From assembly GCA_050730655.1 (NCBI GenBank), contig JBOHNL010000019.1, forward strand, positions 1 through 32,000: DNA of 32,000 bases, in the 5' to 3' direction. The stretch is from Phycisphaerales bacterium. Lineage in GTDB: Bacteria; Planctomycetota; Phycisphaerae; Phycisphaerales; UBA1924. The position numbers were made by a program, and so were the translations under genes. This document shows positions 7,418 to 17,137 of the stretch, in pieces. Position 1 is the stretch's first letter, and every line of letters starts with the position of its first letter. The notes under the pieces were generated by a model that did no database searches, had not been told where the DNA came from, and was given only the letters and a program-made list of their open reading frames with translations.

Positions 7418-9943
7418 TCAATTCCAGGCGATCGAAACTTCGTTCTCGGTGCTCGGCAGCGCGATCACCGTGGCATCTCCGTCGCGCAAGCTATTCGAGA
7501 CCGGACCGTTGGCACGCTCAACATTCAGTGTTGCCGGGGTGAAGCGCAAACGCACTTCCACATCGCGCTTGAAACCGGGCACAACTCGAAGCACGTTCTT
7601 CCCGCCTTCACGCACAACGCTCGCCCGCGCTCCATCCGAGCACTCGAGCTTGCCACCCGCACCGGGCCAAACTTCCAGGATCAACCGATCATCGAGGCAC
7701 TTCACTGCGGGATCTATTTCCGCCGTGCGCCGAAGCAGCGTGTCCACTCCCGGCGCAAGCATCGGAATGATCGCACCTTCTCGAACAAAGAGCGGCATCC
7801 GCTCGAGCGGAGCATCCACGATCACTGTTCGCGGGCCTTCCTGCAACTCGCCGCTCCAGTAGTCGCGCCACTTGCCCCGTGGCAGATAGACCGGCCTTTG
7901 CGTTCCGCTCTGATACATCGGAGCCGCAAGCAAATCGGGCCCGAACATGTACTGGAATTGCTCCCGCGTGGCGGCTTCATCTTCCGGAAACGCGAACGCC
8001 ATCGGCCGGATGACCGGAACACCGTTCTCGCTCGCCTCTGCCGCGGCATTTCGGATGTACGGATACAGCCGCGTGTGCAACTGCGCGAACTCGCGATAGA
8101 CCGCGAGCGATTTGTCGCCGTAATCCCACGGCCCTTTGTTCGACTGCATATGGACCATCATCAAGGGCGAGAATGCCGCGAACTGGGTCCAGCGGATGAA
8201 CAACTCCGGCGTCGCGTTGCCCATATACCCCGCGATGTCGCTCCCCCACATTGGCAGACCCGACAGCGACGCGTTCTGTGCCGCGATGATCACGCCGGGT
8301 AGGCCGTTCTCAAACGAGAAGTCTGCGTGATTGTCGCCTGCCCAGCCATATGGGTATTTTCCGGTACCGGTAAAACCGCACCGGGAGATCAGAGCGTGAT
8401 CGCCCGGCCGAACGCGCTCCAGGAAATCGTTTGCCGCCTTCAGGTAGAGCTGCGCGTATCGGCCTTTCATCTCCGCCGCGGTCGAGCCGTCATGGAAGAG
8501 AGCGTCGGTGACGAAGTTGCTTTCCCCGTCGTCGCACTTGAGCGCGGCGACGCCCCACTTGGTCATCGGCTCCATCTGCGCGTGCCACCATTGCACCGCG
8601 GCGGGGTTCGTGAAGTCCACAAGCGCTCCGGTCCCCTTCCACCACGGCACGACCATCGGCGCGCCCGCTTTGTCTCCAGCGCTCGGACCCGAGCGCACCA
8701 AGTAGCCGTTTTTGGCTGCCTCCTCAAAGTTCCGCGACGCCTCCTTCGAAATCCCCCTCATATCCGTCACGTTGGTGAGATTGATAAACGGCGTCAGCCA
8801 GAAGCAAGGGACAAATCCTTGCCGCCGAATCTCACCGAACATGGCATCTGCATTCGCAAACTGTTGCTCGTTGAGCATGAAGTCGTTGTAACTGGTTTCC
8901 CACGGGCTATCGAACACGATCACCGAGGCGGGCAGGCCGTGCTTGCGGCTCAAATGCACATCCGCAAGGATGTCGTCGCGATTGCGATGCACATCGCGGC
9001 TCTTCCATGGAGCAAACGCCCACGCCGGGGGGACCTGCGGTCGCCCGGTCAATCTCGTGAACTCCGCCAGAGTCTCGGTTGGCGTTAGACCAGCGATAAA
9101 AACCAGCCGCATCTTCTTCGCGCGATCCTTCACAATCACGTGATCGCGGTCCGTGGCATTCAGATCAAACGTGCTCGGTGAAGTGCTGTCGAGCCACAAT
9201 CCATACCCGCGGCTGCTCATCACGAACGGCACCGGCTTATACGTTGAAAGCCCTTTGTCCTCGGGATGATCGCTGCTCGCCATCCAGAGCACATGGCCCT
9301 TTTGATTGATCGAATTGAACCGCTCTCCGCCCCCGTAATAGCGGCCGTTGTCTTTCACCTTCGCTTCGAAGTCGTGAAGCTCGCCATCGGCCGTCCATTC
9401 GAGCGCGACCGCGCGGTCCCCTTCCGCTTTCGCATCAAGTCGAAACGGCGAACCGCGCGGCCCGCTGACTTCGATTGCATCGACAATCGCTTCGGTCTCG
9501 GTGCGCAACACGACGACGATGTGGGATCGACCCACATCCGCGCGAACTTCGACGCGCCGCGTGGTCGCCAACGGCTTCAGTCCATTCCCACCAACAAACA
9601 GGACGCTGTTTCCTTCAGCGTCTTTCTGCGCCACCTTGGGATCTGCCATCCAATCAAACCTGCCGGACTCGTCCTCCACCACAAACTTGTATTTCGCGAT
9701 CAGCCCGTCGATGGCAACCGTCTTCGTCCAGTTTCCGCCTTGGTCGCGCGTCATCACGGCGCCAGTATCGCCGGGCTTTCCCCCCGAATTCCCCGCCCAC
9801 GCATTGAAGTTTCCGGCGAGATAGACCTTGGCAGCACCGGGCCGAAGCAGCGAAAAGGTGACGTCTTCCCCTTGAGCAAATCCGGTAAGCACAAACGTCA
9901 TCAGGATGAAGACCATCAGGCCGGAAAGACGTCCGCTCCGCAT
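7418..9943 (-). CDS. secreted glycoside hydrolase family 31 enzyme with an N-terminal CBM48/AMPK-beta-like carbohydrate-binding module
   Basis: GH31 catalytic-region motifs ALKCDDGE (nucleophile region), YGWAGDNHADFS and WGSDIAGY. The N-terminal VTFSLLRPGAAKVYLAGNFNAWAG...WTKTV...YKFVV resembles CBM48. Signal peptide MRSGRLSGLMVFILMTFVLTGFAQG. Substrate specificity cannot be inferred. Confidence 0.8.
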   Translation of the reverse strand: MRSGRLSGLMVFILMTFVLTGFAQGEDVTFSLLRPGAAKVYLAGNFNAWAGNSGGKPGDTGAVMTRDQGGNWTKTVAIDGLIAKYKFVVEDESGRFDWMADPKVAQKDAEGNSVLFVGGNGLKPLATTRRVEVRADVGRSHIVVVLRTETEAIVDAIEVSGPRGSPFRLDAKAEGDRAVALEWTADGELHDFEAKVKDNGRYYGGGERFNSINQKGHVLWMASSDHPEDKGLSTYKPVPFVMSSRGYGLWLDSTSPSTFDLNATDRDHVIVKDRAKKMRLVFIAGLTPTETLAEFTRLTGRPQVPPAWAFAPWKSRDVHRNRDDILADVHLSRKHGLPASVIVFDSPWETSYNDFMLNEQQFANADAMFGEIRRQGFVPCFWLTPFINLTNVTDMRGISKEASRNFEEAAKNGYLVRSGPSAGDKAGAPMVVPWWKGTGALVDFTNPAAVQWWHAQMEPMTKWGVAALKCDDGESNFVTDALFHDGSTAAEMKGRYAQLYLKAANDFLERVRPGDHALISRCGFTGTGKYPYGWAGDNHADFSFENGLPGVIIAAQNASLSGLPMWGSDIAGYMGNATPELFIRWTQFAAFSPLMMVHMQSNKGPWDYGDKSLAVYREFAQLHTRLYPYIRNAAAEASENGVPVIRPMAFAFPEDEAATREQFQYMFGPDLLAAPMYQSGTQRPVYLPRGKWRDYWSGELQEGPRTVIVDAPLERMPLFVREGAIIPMLAPGVDTLLRRTAEIDPAVKCLDDRLILEVWPGAGGKLECSDGARASVVREGGKNVLRVVPGFKRDVEVRLRFTPATLNVERANGPVSNSLRDGDATVIALPSTENEVSIAWN

Positions 9944-9955
9944 CTCCGATACTCC

Positions 9956-11773
9956 TCAGGCGATCACTCCGGAAGCAACGCTCGCCCGCAGCGCCGAGAT
10001 TTCTCGATCAACTGTCACAGCGTCCGCCCCGAGATCCTTGAGGACGAGTTCGCCCAGCGCAATCGCCGCCTCAGCTTCTTCAAAGACAGAGCCGGTGACC
10101 CCCGCGATCACAAGTTCGTTTCGTTCCTTCAGATATCGCGTCCGCACCAGGATGTGCATGTCGGGATTCAACTGCCGGGCCTGCATCACCGCCGGTGCTG
10201 GATTCGAATTCGCGGCCATCGTGACGAGCAGGTACTTCGCATCAACGGCTCCCGCCTGGCGCAGAACCTCACCGTTTGCCGCATCGCCGTAGATCGCGGC
10301 GCGCCCGGCGCGATTCAGGGCCGCCACCGTGTCCATGTTCATATCGATAATCACGGTCTTGACCCCCGCTTGTTGCAGAAGTCGATCGACAGTTTTTCCG
10401 ACGTGGCCGTAACCAACCACGATCGCCGTCCGTTCCTTCTCCATTTCTGATGCGGCACGCAGCGCCTCGACCGCCTCGGCATTCTCGACCTGCAATCGTC
10501 CTTCCGCCCGATTGTTCAATCTCCGCCAAATCGCCGGTTTGCCCCGCAGCCACATTTCCGTCGGCTTCACAAGGCGGAAGAGCAGCGGATTGAGCGTGAT
10601 CGAAATGATCGCGGTGCCGACGATCACGTCGTTCCCGATCGGGAGCATGAGATCGTTCTTGAACGCCACCTGAGAGAGGATGAAGGAGAATTCGCCGATC
10701 TGCGCCAAGCCGACAGCAACGGTCAGCGCGGTGCGGACAGAATGTCCGAGCACGACGACGATCGCGAGCGCCGCGAGTGGCTTCACGATCAGCACAATCC
10801 CGAGGCCGGCGAGAAGCATGCCCGGCTGCTCGATCAGGATGTGCCAATCAAACAACATTCCCACGGAGACGAAGAAGATGACCGCGAAGGCATCGCGCAG
10901 GGGCAGCGCATCCGCCGCGGCCTGATGACTGACCGGCGACTGCGCCACCATCATTCCGGCCAGGAACGCGCCGAGCGCCATCGACGCACCGAAGAGGGCG
11001 TACGCACCTGCAGCGACCGCAATCGACAGGACGAGAATCGTCAGCGTGAAGAGTTCGCGCGAGCGAAGGCGTGTGACCTGCACCAGAATCCACGGCACCA
11101 CGCGCGATCCGATCAGAAAGACGATCGCAACAAAGATTGCCAGCTTCAGCATCGCCCAACCGAACGTCGGCCAGAACTCCGGAATGTGCTCTCCGGGCTT
11201 GGGAACATCGTCGCTCCGGCCGAGCACGGGCAGAATGACCAGGAACACGACTGTGAAGATGTCTTCGACAATCAGCCAGCCGACCGCGGCATGTCCCGCG
11301 GGAGTCGAGAGCACTTCGTTGTCGGTGAGCACTCGAATCAGGACAACCGTGCTCGCGACGGCCATCGCCATTCCGATCACCAGACCGGCTTTCCAATCCC
11401 AGCCCAGCCAATGAAAAAGCACCATGCCGGCGATGGTCGCGATCAAGCTCTGCCCGAGCGCACCGGGGATCGCGATCCACTTCACCGCGTTCAGGTCTTT
11501 CAGGTGAAAGTGCAATCCCACGCCGAACATCAGCAGGATCACACCGACCTCGGCGAGCTGGTGCGCAAGTTCGGTATCGCCCGCGAAACCCGGCGTATGG
11601 GGCGAAATGATCACGCCGGCGAGCAAATAGCCCACGATCGGGGAAAGCCCGAGCTTCTGCGTGATGATTCCAAGCACCCAAGCCGCCGCAAACGCGGCCG
11701 CGATCGTCCTGATCAGGGGAAGGCCTTCGAGCCCTTCTGCGCCGAGTATGGTCAGACCGATCGCATCATGCAT
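9956..11773 (-). CDS. CPA2-family monovalent cation:proton antiporter with a C-terminal RCK/TrkA-N domain (KefB/KefC/YbaL-like)
   Basis: About 12 predicted TM helices with Na_H_Exchanger-like motifs (SPIVGYLLAGVIISPH, EFSFIL). The C-terminal Rossmann motif VVGYGHVGKTV and IYGDA.. are typical of TrkA-N. The stop lies only 12 nt upstream of the GH31 start. Confidence 0.85.
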   Translation of the reverse strand: MHDAIGLTILGAEGLEGLPLIRTIAAAFAAAWVLGIITQKLGLSPIVGYLLAGVIISPHTPGFAGDTELAHQLAEVGVILLMFGVGLHFHLKDLNAVKWIAIPGALGQSLIATIAGMVLFHWLGWDWKAGLVIGMAMAVASTVVLIRVLTDNEVLSTPAGHAAVGWLIVEDIFTVVFLVILPVLGRSDDVPKPGEHIPEFWPTFGWAMLKLAIFVAIVFLIGSRVVPWILVQVTRLRSRELFTLTILVLSIAVAAGAYALFGASMALGAFLAGMMVAQSPVSHQAAADALPLRDAFAVIFFVSVGMLFDWHILIEQPGMLLAGLGIVLIVKPLAALAIVVVLGHSVRTALTVAVGLAQIGEFSFILSQVAFKNDLMLPIGNDVIVGTAIISITLNPLLFRLVKPTEMWLRGKPAIWRRLNNRAEGRLQVENAEAVEALRAASEMEKERTAIVVGYGHVGKTVDRLLQQAGVKTVIIDMNMDTVAALNRAGRAAIYGDAANGEVLRQAGAVDAKYLLVTMAANSNPAPAVMQARQLNPDMHILVRTRYLKERNELVIAGVTGSVFEEAEAAIALGELVLKDLGADAVTVDREISALRASVASGVIA

Positions 11774-11829
11774 GAGCCAGTAAGGTACAGCATCTCGTTA
11801 CCGAAGGCCACGCATGCGCCAAAGAAAGA

Positions 11830-13218
11830 TCAGGCCTTCTCGACTTCACCGATGGCGACATCGAGCACATCGAGCATGAACGTGATGTCCGCCTCGGTCA
11901 GGCACATCGGAGGCTTGACTCGCAGGACGTTCCCGAAGAACCCGCCCTTGCCGATGAGGAGGCCAAGGTCCTTGCACCGTTCGAACACCGCGGCACACTG
12001 CGCCGTCGCCGGCGTCTTGGTCGCGCGATCCGTGACCAGCTCCACGCCGCACATCAGGCCTTTGCCGCGGATGTCACCGATCATCGGGTGCTTCTTCTGC
12101 AGATCGCGAAGGCCCGCGAAGAGCTTCGCGCCCTTGTCCTTTGCCTGCTGCTGATAGTTTTCATCCAGCATCACGTTCAGCGTTGCGAAGCCCTGCGCCA
12201 TCGAGACGGGATTGCCGCCGAAGGTGTTGAAATGGATGCGGCTGGTCAGGCTCTTGGCGATCGCCGGAGTCGTGACAACTGCCGCTAGTGGGCAGCCGTT
12301 GCCGATTCCCTTCGCCATTGTCACCATGTCGGGGTAGACGCCCGGTCCGCCGACTGTTTGGAATCCCCAAAAGTTTTCGCCTGTGCGTCCGAAACCGGTC
12401 TGCACTTCATCCGCGATGCAGATACCGCCCGCATCACGCACGGACTTGTACGCCGCGGCCAGATAGCCCTGCGGCATCTCCACCACGCCGCCCACGCCCT
12501 GCATCGGCTCCGCGATGAAGCCTGCAACCTTGCCGCAGGTTGCGTAACGAATCACTTCCTGCACATCCGTCGCGTACTTTTCGCCCGCCTTCGGATCGTC
12601 GTAGCCATACTGGCCGCGGAACCGATCGGGCAGGACCGCGTGATGCACTCCAAAGCCCTGGGGCGTGTTGAACTTCCACGAGCTATGGGCCGTGAGACCC
12701 ATCGGTGCCGCGGAGCCGCCGTGATAGCCGTTGCGGAGTGCGACGAAGTCGTAGTTTCCCGTGTGCGCACGGGCCATCAACATGGCCAGGTCGTTGGCAT
12801 CGCTGCCCGAGTTCACGAAGTAGACCACAGACAAGCCCGACTCCTTCGGGAAAGTTGACGCGAGTTTCTTCGCGTACTGCGCGATCGTCGGATGCAGGTA
12901 GATCGTGGTCGTGTGCTGGAGCAGCGCGTTCTGGGCGTTCACTGCGGCCATGACCCTCGGATGGCAGTGGCCGATGCTCACCGTGACGATGCCGCCGAAG
13001 ACGTCGAGATAGCGACGACCGGTCTCGTCGAAAAGGTACTGCATGTGCCCCTGCACCATCATCACCGGGTTCTTGTAGTAGGTGACGAGCGCGGGCGTGC
13101 AGAACTCTTTCCGCATCGCGAGCACTTCTTCTTTGCTCGGGCCGGTGTAGGGCGCGGGCTTGAAATCGCAGGGAGGAAGCGAAGGAGCTTTCGTTGGGCT
13201 GGCAGTTGCGGTTGTCAT
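11830..13218 (-). CDS. class-III PLP aminotransferase, AGXT2 / beta-alanine(beta-aminoisobutyrate):pyruvate transaminase-like
   Basis: [50 protein letters not shown] and [13 protein letters not shown] (PLP Lys) are class-III hallmarks. The overall N-terminus resembles AGXT2-type enzymes. The substrate call is inferred from family and neighbourhood. Confidence 0.8.
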   Translation of the reverse strand: MTTATASPTKAPSLPPCDFKPAPYTGPSKEEVLAMRKEFCTPALVTYYKNPVMMVQGHMQYLFDETGRRYLDVFGGIVTVSIGHCHPRVMAAVNAQNALLQHTTTIYLHPTIAQYAKKLASTFPKESGLSVVYFVNSGSDANDLAMLMARAHTGNYDFVALRNGYHGGSAAPMGLTAHSSWKFNTPQGFGVHHAVLPDRFRGQYGYDDPKAGEKYATDVQEVIRYATCGKVAGFIAEPMQGVGGVVEMPQGYLAAAYKSVRDAGGICIADEVQTGFGRTGENFWGFQTVGGPGVYPDMVTMAKGIGNGCPLAAVVTTPAIAKSLTSRIHFNTFGGNPVSMAQGFATLNVMLDENYQQQAKDKGAKLFAGLRDLQKKHPMIGDIRGKGLMCGVELVTDRATKTPATAQCAAVFERCKDLGLLIGKGGFFGNVLRVKPPMCLTEADITFMLDVLDVAIGEVEKA

Positions 13219-13273
13219 CGTGATGATCCTTGTTTTGTCGCTGTTTTCGTGTGCAGGAAGAATAGAAGGGTTC

Positions 13274-14800
13274 TTAGCGCAAAGTCGCGGTCGACTTGGC
13301 GACGTGCGATTCGGGCTTCACCCGCCCCGCCATCAGCACGTAGTAGATCACCATTGCCAGCGCCAGGCCGATGAACCACGCGTATCCGTATATCTCATCA
13401 AAGAACGCCGGAAAGAGGGGGTTCACCGAAGGATTTGCGGCGACCTGAGCGTGCGTGCGATTCGCCGCGGCATTTAGGAAGCCGGGGACGTTCGGCAGGA
13501 CTGCTAGAACCATCGCCACGATCGCCCGCGAGTTGAATCCGTTCGAGTACGAATATTCGCCTTGCTCGTCGTACAGCGCATCCACATTCAGATGCTTCTT
13601 TCGCAGCAGGTAGTAATCGCAGAGCATGATTCCCGCAATGGGGCCGAGCAGCGCCGAGTAACCGATCAGCCAGGTGAAGATGTACGCGCTCAGATTCTGA
13701 TAGAGGTACCACGGCATGATGAGGATGCCGATCACCGCTGTGATGATGCCGCCCATGCGGAACGTGATGCGACGCGGATTCAGATTGGCGAAGTCGTTCG
13801 CCGGGCTGACGACGTTCGCTGCGATGTTGGTCGAAAGCGTCGCGAGCGTCAGCGCGACCAGCGAAATGACTACAACCGGCAGAGAGCCCAACTTGCTTAC
13901 GAGCAAGACCGGATCCCAGATCGTCTGCTTGAAGATGATCGTCGTTGCACTCGTCACCACGATTCCGATGAAGCAAAAGAGCGTCATCGTCGTTGGCAAG
14001 CCGAGCGCCTGGCCCCATGCCTGCGACTTCTGATCTTTCGCGAAGCGCGTGAAGTCCGGGATGTTCAACGACAGCGTCGCCCAATACCCCACCATTGCCG
14101 TCAGGTTCGGAAAGAAGACCAGCCAGAATGCGCGGTTGGTTTCAAACTTTGACCCCTGCGAAAACACCGCCGAGATCGGCGCGACTTCCGAAACCCGCCA
14201 CAGCGCCCAGATCATGAGTGCCAACCCCGAAGCAATCAGAAACGGCGCGGCCCATGACTCGAGCCACTTGATCGAGTTCATCCCGTGCCAGACAAAGTGC
14301 AGGTTGATCATCCAGAACGCGAAGAAGCACGCTGCCTGCCAAGGCGTCAACCCGATCCCCATCATCCGCGACTTCTCCGCGGCAAGATCGATCACACCCA
14401 GCGACGCCAGAATCTGATAGATGGCATCGCCGCCGATCCAAGTCTGGATCCCAAACCAGCCGCAGGCGACGAGCGCTCGCGCAAGCGCAGGGATGTTCGC
14501 TCCCTTCGTCCCGAAGCTCGCCCGCATCAAAACCGGAAACGGGATGCCGTACTTGGCTCCGGGGTGCCCATTCAGAATCATCGGGATCAAGACAATCAGA
14601 TTGCCGAGCGCAACGGTGATCACCGCTTGCCACCACGCCATCCCCTGACCGATCATCCCAGCCGCGATCGTGTACGTCGTGATGCAGACCGCCATGCCGA
14701 TCCAGAGCGCCGCGATGTGCCACGTGCTCCACGTACGCTGCGCCGGAGTCGTTGGAGCAAGGTCTGGGTTTGTGAGCGAACCGGAACCGTTCAACACCAT
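13274..14800 (-). CDS. NCS1-family nucleobase/hydantoin:cation symporter
   Basis: 508 aa with about 12 TM helices. N-terminal NPDLAPTTPAQRTWSTWHIAALWIGMAV and GHPGAKYGIPFPVLMRASFG are typical of cytosine/uracil/allantoin/hydantoin permeases (Mhp1/PucI/Fur4 type). Confidence 0.85.
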   Translation of the reverse strand: MVLNGSGSLTNPDLAPTTPAQRTWSTWHIAALWIGMAVCITTYTIAAGMIGQGMAWWQAVITVALGNLIVLIPMILNGHPGAKYGIPFPVLMRASFGTKGANIPALARALVACGWFGIQTWIGGDAIYQILASLGVIDLAAEKSRMMGIGLTPWQAACFFAFWMINLHFVWHGMNSIKWLESWAAPFLIASGLALMIWALWRVSEVAPISAVFSQGSKFETNRAFWLVFFPNLTAMVGYWATLSLNIPDFTRFAKDQKSQAWGQALGLPTTMTLFCFIGIVVTSATTIIFKQTIWDPVLLVSKLGSLPVVVISLVALTLATLSTNIAANVVSPANDFANLNPRRITFRMGGIITAVIGILIMPWYLYQNLSAYIFTWLIGYSALLGPIAGIMLCDYYLLRKKHLNVDALYDEQGEYSYSNGFNSRAIVAMVLAVLPNVPGFLNAAANRTHAQVAANPSVNPLFPAFFDEIYGYAWFIGLALAMVIYYVLMAGRVKPESHVAKSTATLR

Positions 14801-14820
14801 CGTGCATGCTCCGCATGTAA

Positions 14821-14850
14821 GGCGTTCGAATCTCTTCCGGCCCGAACGCC
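14821..14850 (-). promoter_or_regulatory. stem-loop in the 5' leader of the NCS1 permease gene
   Basis: GGCGTTCG (14821-14828) pairs with CGAACGCC (14843-14850) around a 14-nt loop. It ends 20 nt upstream of the ATG at 14800 and just 5' of a GGAG Shine-Dalgarno. Its function is not established. Confidence 0.25.
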
Positions 14851-15000
14851 AACCTCAACTATCGGCCCATGCAGGATTTTCGTGCAAAACCGCCGGGGTT
14901 CGAACCACTTCCGATACCCACTTTCCGGTAAGCCGGGCGTACCCTTGCTCCCCAAGTTCTTACTTCACGAGCTCTGTCCGCTCCGGCCACCAGATTCACC

Positions 15001-16704
15001 ATGCCCAACCTCAACATCAATAAAGACACGCACGTCCACCTCCCTGCCGACACCAATCAGGCGCTCGGCATCGCGCAGTATGCCATCGACTTCATGTCCG
15101 ACGTGCCCGGCCGGCGGGGAGAGCCCGACAAGTCGGTACTCGAACGCACTGAGCTCTTCCACACCGACGCCAATCTCTGCGGCGTCTCTGCTCTCGCGCT
15201 CGGCACCAATGCCCCCACCATCCTCCGCGCTGAGGCCCACCAGTACGCCACCGCTCCATCTGGCAGCGGCACGCTCGCTGGCGTTCCTTGGGCGAAAGGC
15301 GCTGTCCGTTCCGGCGTGCCGACGTTCGGCAGCGCGATCAATGTTCAAGTGGAGAAGGCGATCGTCGCCAACGGCGCCGCCGTCCGCGAGTGGGACTCGA
15401 ACGGCACCAACTTTGGATTCAATCCCGAATTCAACCACATCGCAGGCGAGTTCGGGCACAACGATTTTTACGGCGTCGCACTCGCCGCGGCACAGCTTCG
15501 GGGCAAAGACGGCTCGTTCGCGCTCAAGGGCATGATCTTGATCGACGAGATCCGAGGCCGCCTCGCCGAAGTGTTCTCGCTGAAGTCCTACAAGATTGAT
15601 CACGTTGTCCACGGCGCGATTGGTAGCGCGGCCGCATTCGGCGCGATGATGGGCGCGACGGCAGAGCAGATCGAGTCAGCGATCGGAATGGTGGTTGCGC
15701 ATTACATCCCCTTCCGCGCCATCCGCGCTGGCAAGCAGTTGAGCGACTCGAAGGGTGCATCCGCCGCGATCAGCACCGAAGCGGCAGTGCTATCGGTGAA
15801 GCGCAGCATGGCCGGATTCCTCGGGCCGCGCGACATTTTCCGCAACCCTGAGGCGATCTTCCGCCTTTTTGAAGGGCCGGGCCAGCTCTTCAAGAAAACC
15901 GCCAGCGGCGGCACCGGTATCCCCGATGCCAAAGAAGCTTGGGGCAGCAAGACCTACGCCAGTCCGATTGAGCTTGTGCTCGGCCGCGCGGGGTCTGACT
16001 TCGCCGTGATGGGCATGCACTTCAAGCTCGGTCTCTATGAGCACCAGAGCGCCGGCGCGCTGCAGGGCCTTATCAACCTCGTCACGCGCAATCCGCATCT
16101 GCTCGCAGATCAGACTGGCGACGCGATCTCCAAGATCCTCGTCCGCGCCTACGAGCCCGCGTTCGGCATCATCGGCGACCCCGCGAAGCGCGACCCCAAG
16201 ACACGTCAATCCGCCGATCACTCGATGCTCTATCTCGTCTGCACGATGCTCCGCAAGGCGCTCGAAAACCGTGCCGAGAACAAGTCGGCCAAAGTCACCT
16301 GGCGCGATGTCATGCTCCTCCCTCACGACTTCGACGGCAAGAGCCTGCACGATCCGGTGACCCGCAAGCTCATGGAAAAGGTCTCCTTCGAGTGGGGCGG
16401 TGCCGACTACGACAGCAAGTATCCCGACGGCATTCCGACCTCGATGGTCATCACCGACGATCAGAACCAAACCTTTGACAGCGGCCTGGTGATGTACCCC
16501 GGCGGCCACGCCCGCAACGCGGCAGGCCCGGACAAGATTGACTTGCAGGAAGTGCTCGATCACAAGTTCAAGAAACTCGCCGAAATTGCAAGCGACGACC
16601 CCAAAGCTCTCGTCAAGCGACTCGGGGGCTTGCAAGCCAAGTCAAATAAGCAGCTCGCCGACATCATGGATTTCGAGATCAAGTCACACGGCAAGTTCGA
16701 GTAA
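15001..16704 (+). CDS. MmgE/PrpD-family protein (2-methylcitrate dehydratase superfamily; substrate unknown)
   Basis: Blocks align from memory to E. coli PrpD: SKGASAAISTEAAVLSVKRSMAGFLG (compare SWAAGDATSRAVRLALMAKTGEMG), HFKLGLYEHQSAGALQGL (compare KISFPAEFHSQTAVEAA), ADHSMLYLVCTML (compare RDHCIQYMVAIPL) and YPGGHARN (compare YPIGHARR). At 567 aa it is longer than canonical PrpD. Confidence 0.7.
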   Translation: MPNLNINKDTHVHLPADTNQALGIAQYAIDFMSDVPGRRGEPDKSVLERTELFHTDANLCGVSALALGTNAPTILRAEAHQYATAPSGSGTLAGVPWAKGAVRSGVPTFGSAINVQVEKAIVANGAAVREWDSNGTNFGFNPEFNHIAGEFGHNDFYGVALAAAQLRGKDGSFALKGMILIDEIRGRLAEVFSLKSYKIDHVVHGAIGSAAAFGAMMGATAEQIESAIGMVVAHYIPFRAIRAGKQLSDSKGASAAISTEAAVLSVKRSMAGFLGPRDIFRNPEAIFRLFEGPGQLFKKTASGGTGIPDAKEAWGSKTYASPIELVLGRAGSDFAVMGMHFKLGLYEHQSAGALQGLINLVTRNPHLLADQTGDAISKILVRAYEPAFGIIGDPAKRDPKTRQSADHSMLYLVCTMLRKALENRAENKSAKVTWRDVMLLPHDFDGKSLHDPVTRKLMEKVSFEWGGADYDSKYPDGIPTSMVITDDQNQTFDSGLVMYPGGHARNAAGPDKIDLQEVLDHKFKKLAEIASDDPKALVKRLGGLQAKSNKQLADIMDFEIKSHGKFE

Positions 16705-16713
16705 TCTGTTTCT

Positions 16714-17130
16714 ATGGCAGGCTATTCAGGGACGCCTCTCGCACAGAAACTGGGCATCAAACCCGGCCACGCCATCGGCTTCTGGTCCGAGCCGAAAGGC
16801 TTTGTCAAAACGCTCGATGGCCTTCCCGACGACGTCACGATCTCATCCGTGTCCCAAGGCAAATCGCCGCTCGATGTACTCGTCGTCTTCGTGAAGTCAC
16901 AGAAGGAACTCGAAAGGCGCCTCGCCGCTGCCCGCAAGCGCATGAACCCCGCGGCAGGTCTCTGGATTTCCTGGCCCAAGAAAACGAGCGGCATCAAAAC
17001 CGACGTCACCGAGAACATCATCCGCGATCTCGCGCTCGCAACCGACCTTGTGGACAATAAAGTCTGCGCGATCGATGAAACGTGGTCGGGGTTGCGGCTC
17101 GTGATTCGGCTGAAACATCGCCCGAAGTAG
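16714..17130 (+). CDS. DUF3052-family protein
   Basis: N-terminus MAGYSGTPLAQKLGIKPG and the 138 aa length match my memory of DUF3052 proteins. It starts 9 nt after the PrpD-like stop, so it is likely co-transcribed. Confidence 0.6.
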   Translation: MAGYSGTPLAQKLGIKPGHAIGFWSEPKGFVKTLDGLPDDVTISSVSQGKSPLDVLVVFVKSQKELERRLAAARKRMNPAAGLWISWPKKTSGIKTDVTENIIRDLALATDLVDNKVCAIDETWSGLRLVIRLKHRPK

Positions 17131-17137
17131 CACGAGA

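Noticed and set aside
14821-14910. Two tRNA T-loop-like words (GGCGTTCGAATC at 14821 and GGGGTTCGAACC at about 14895), suggesting a tRNA or tRNA-derived attachment site.
   Set aside because: On either strand the flanking bases do not form a T-stem, an acceptor stem or an anticodon arm. There is no cloverleaf, so no tRNA is called.
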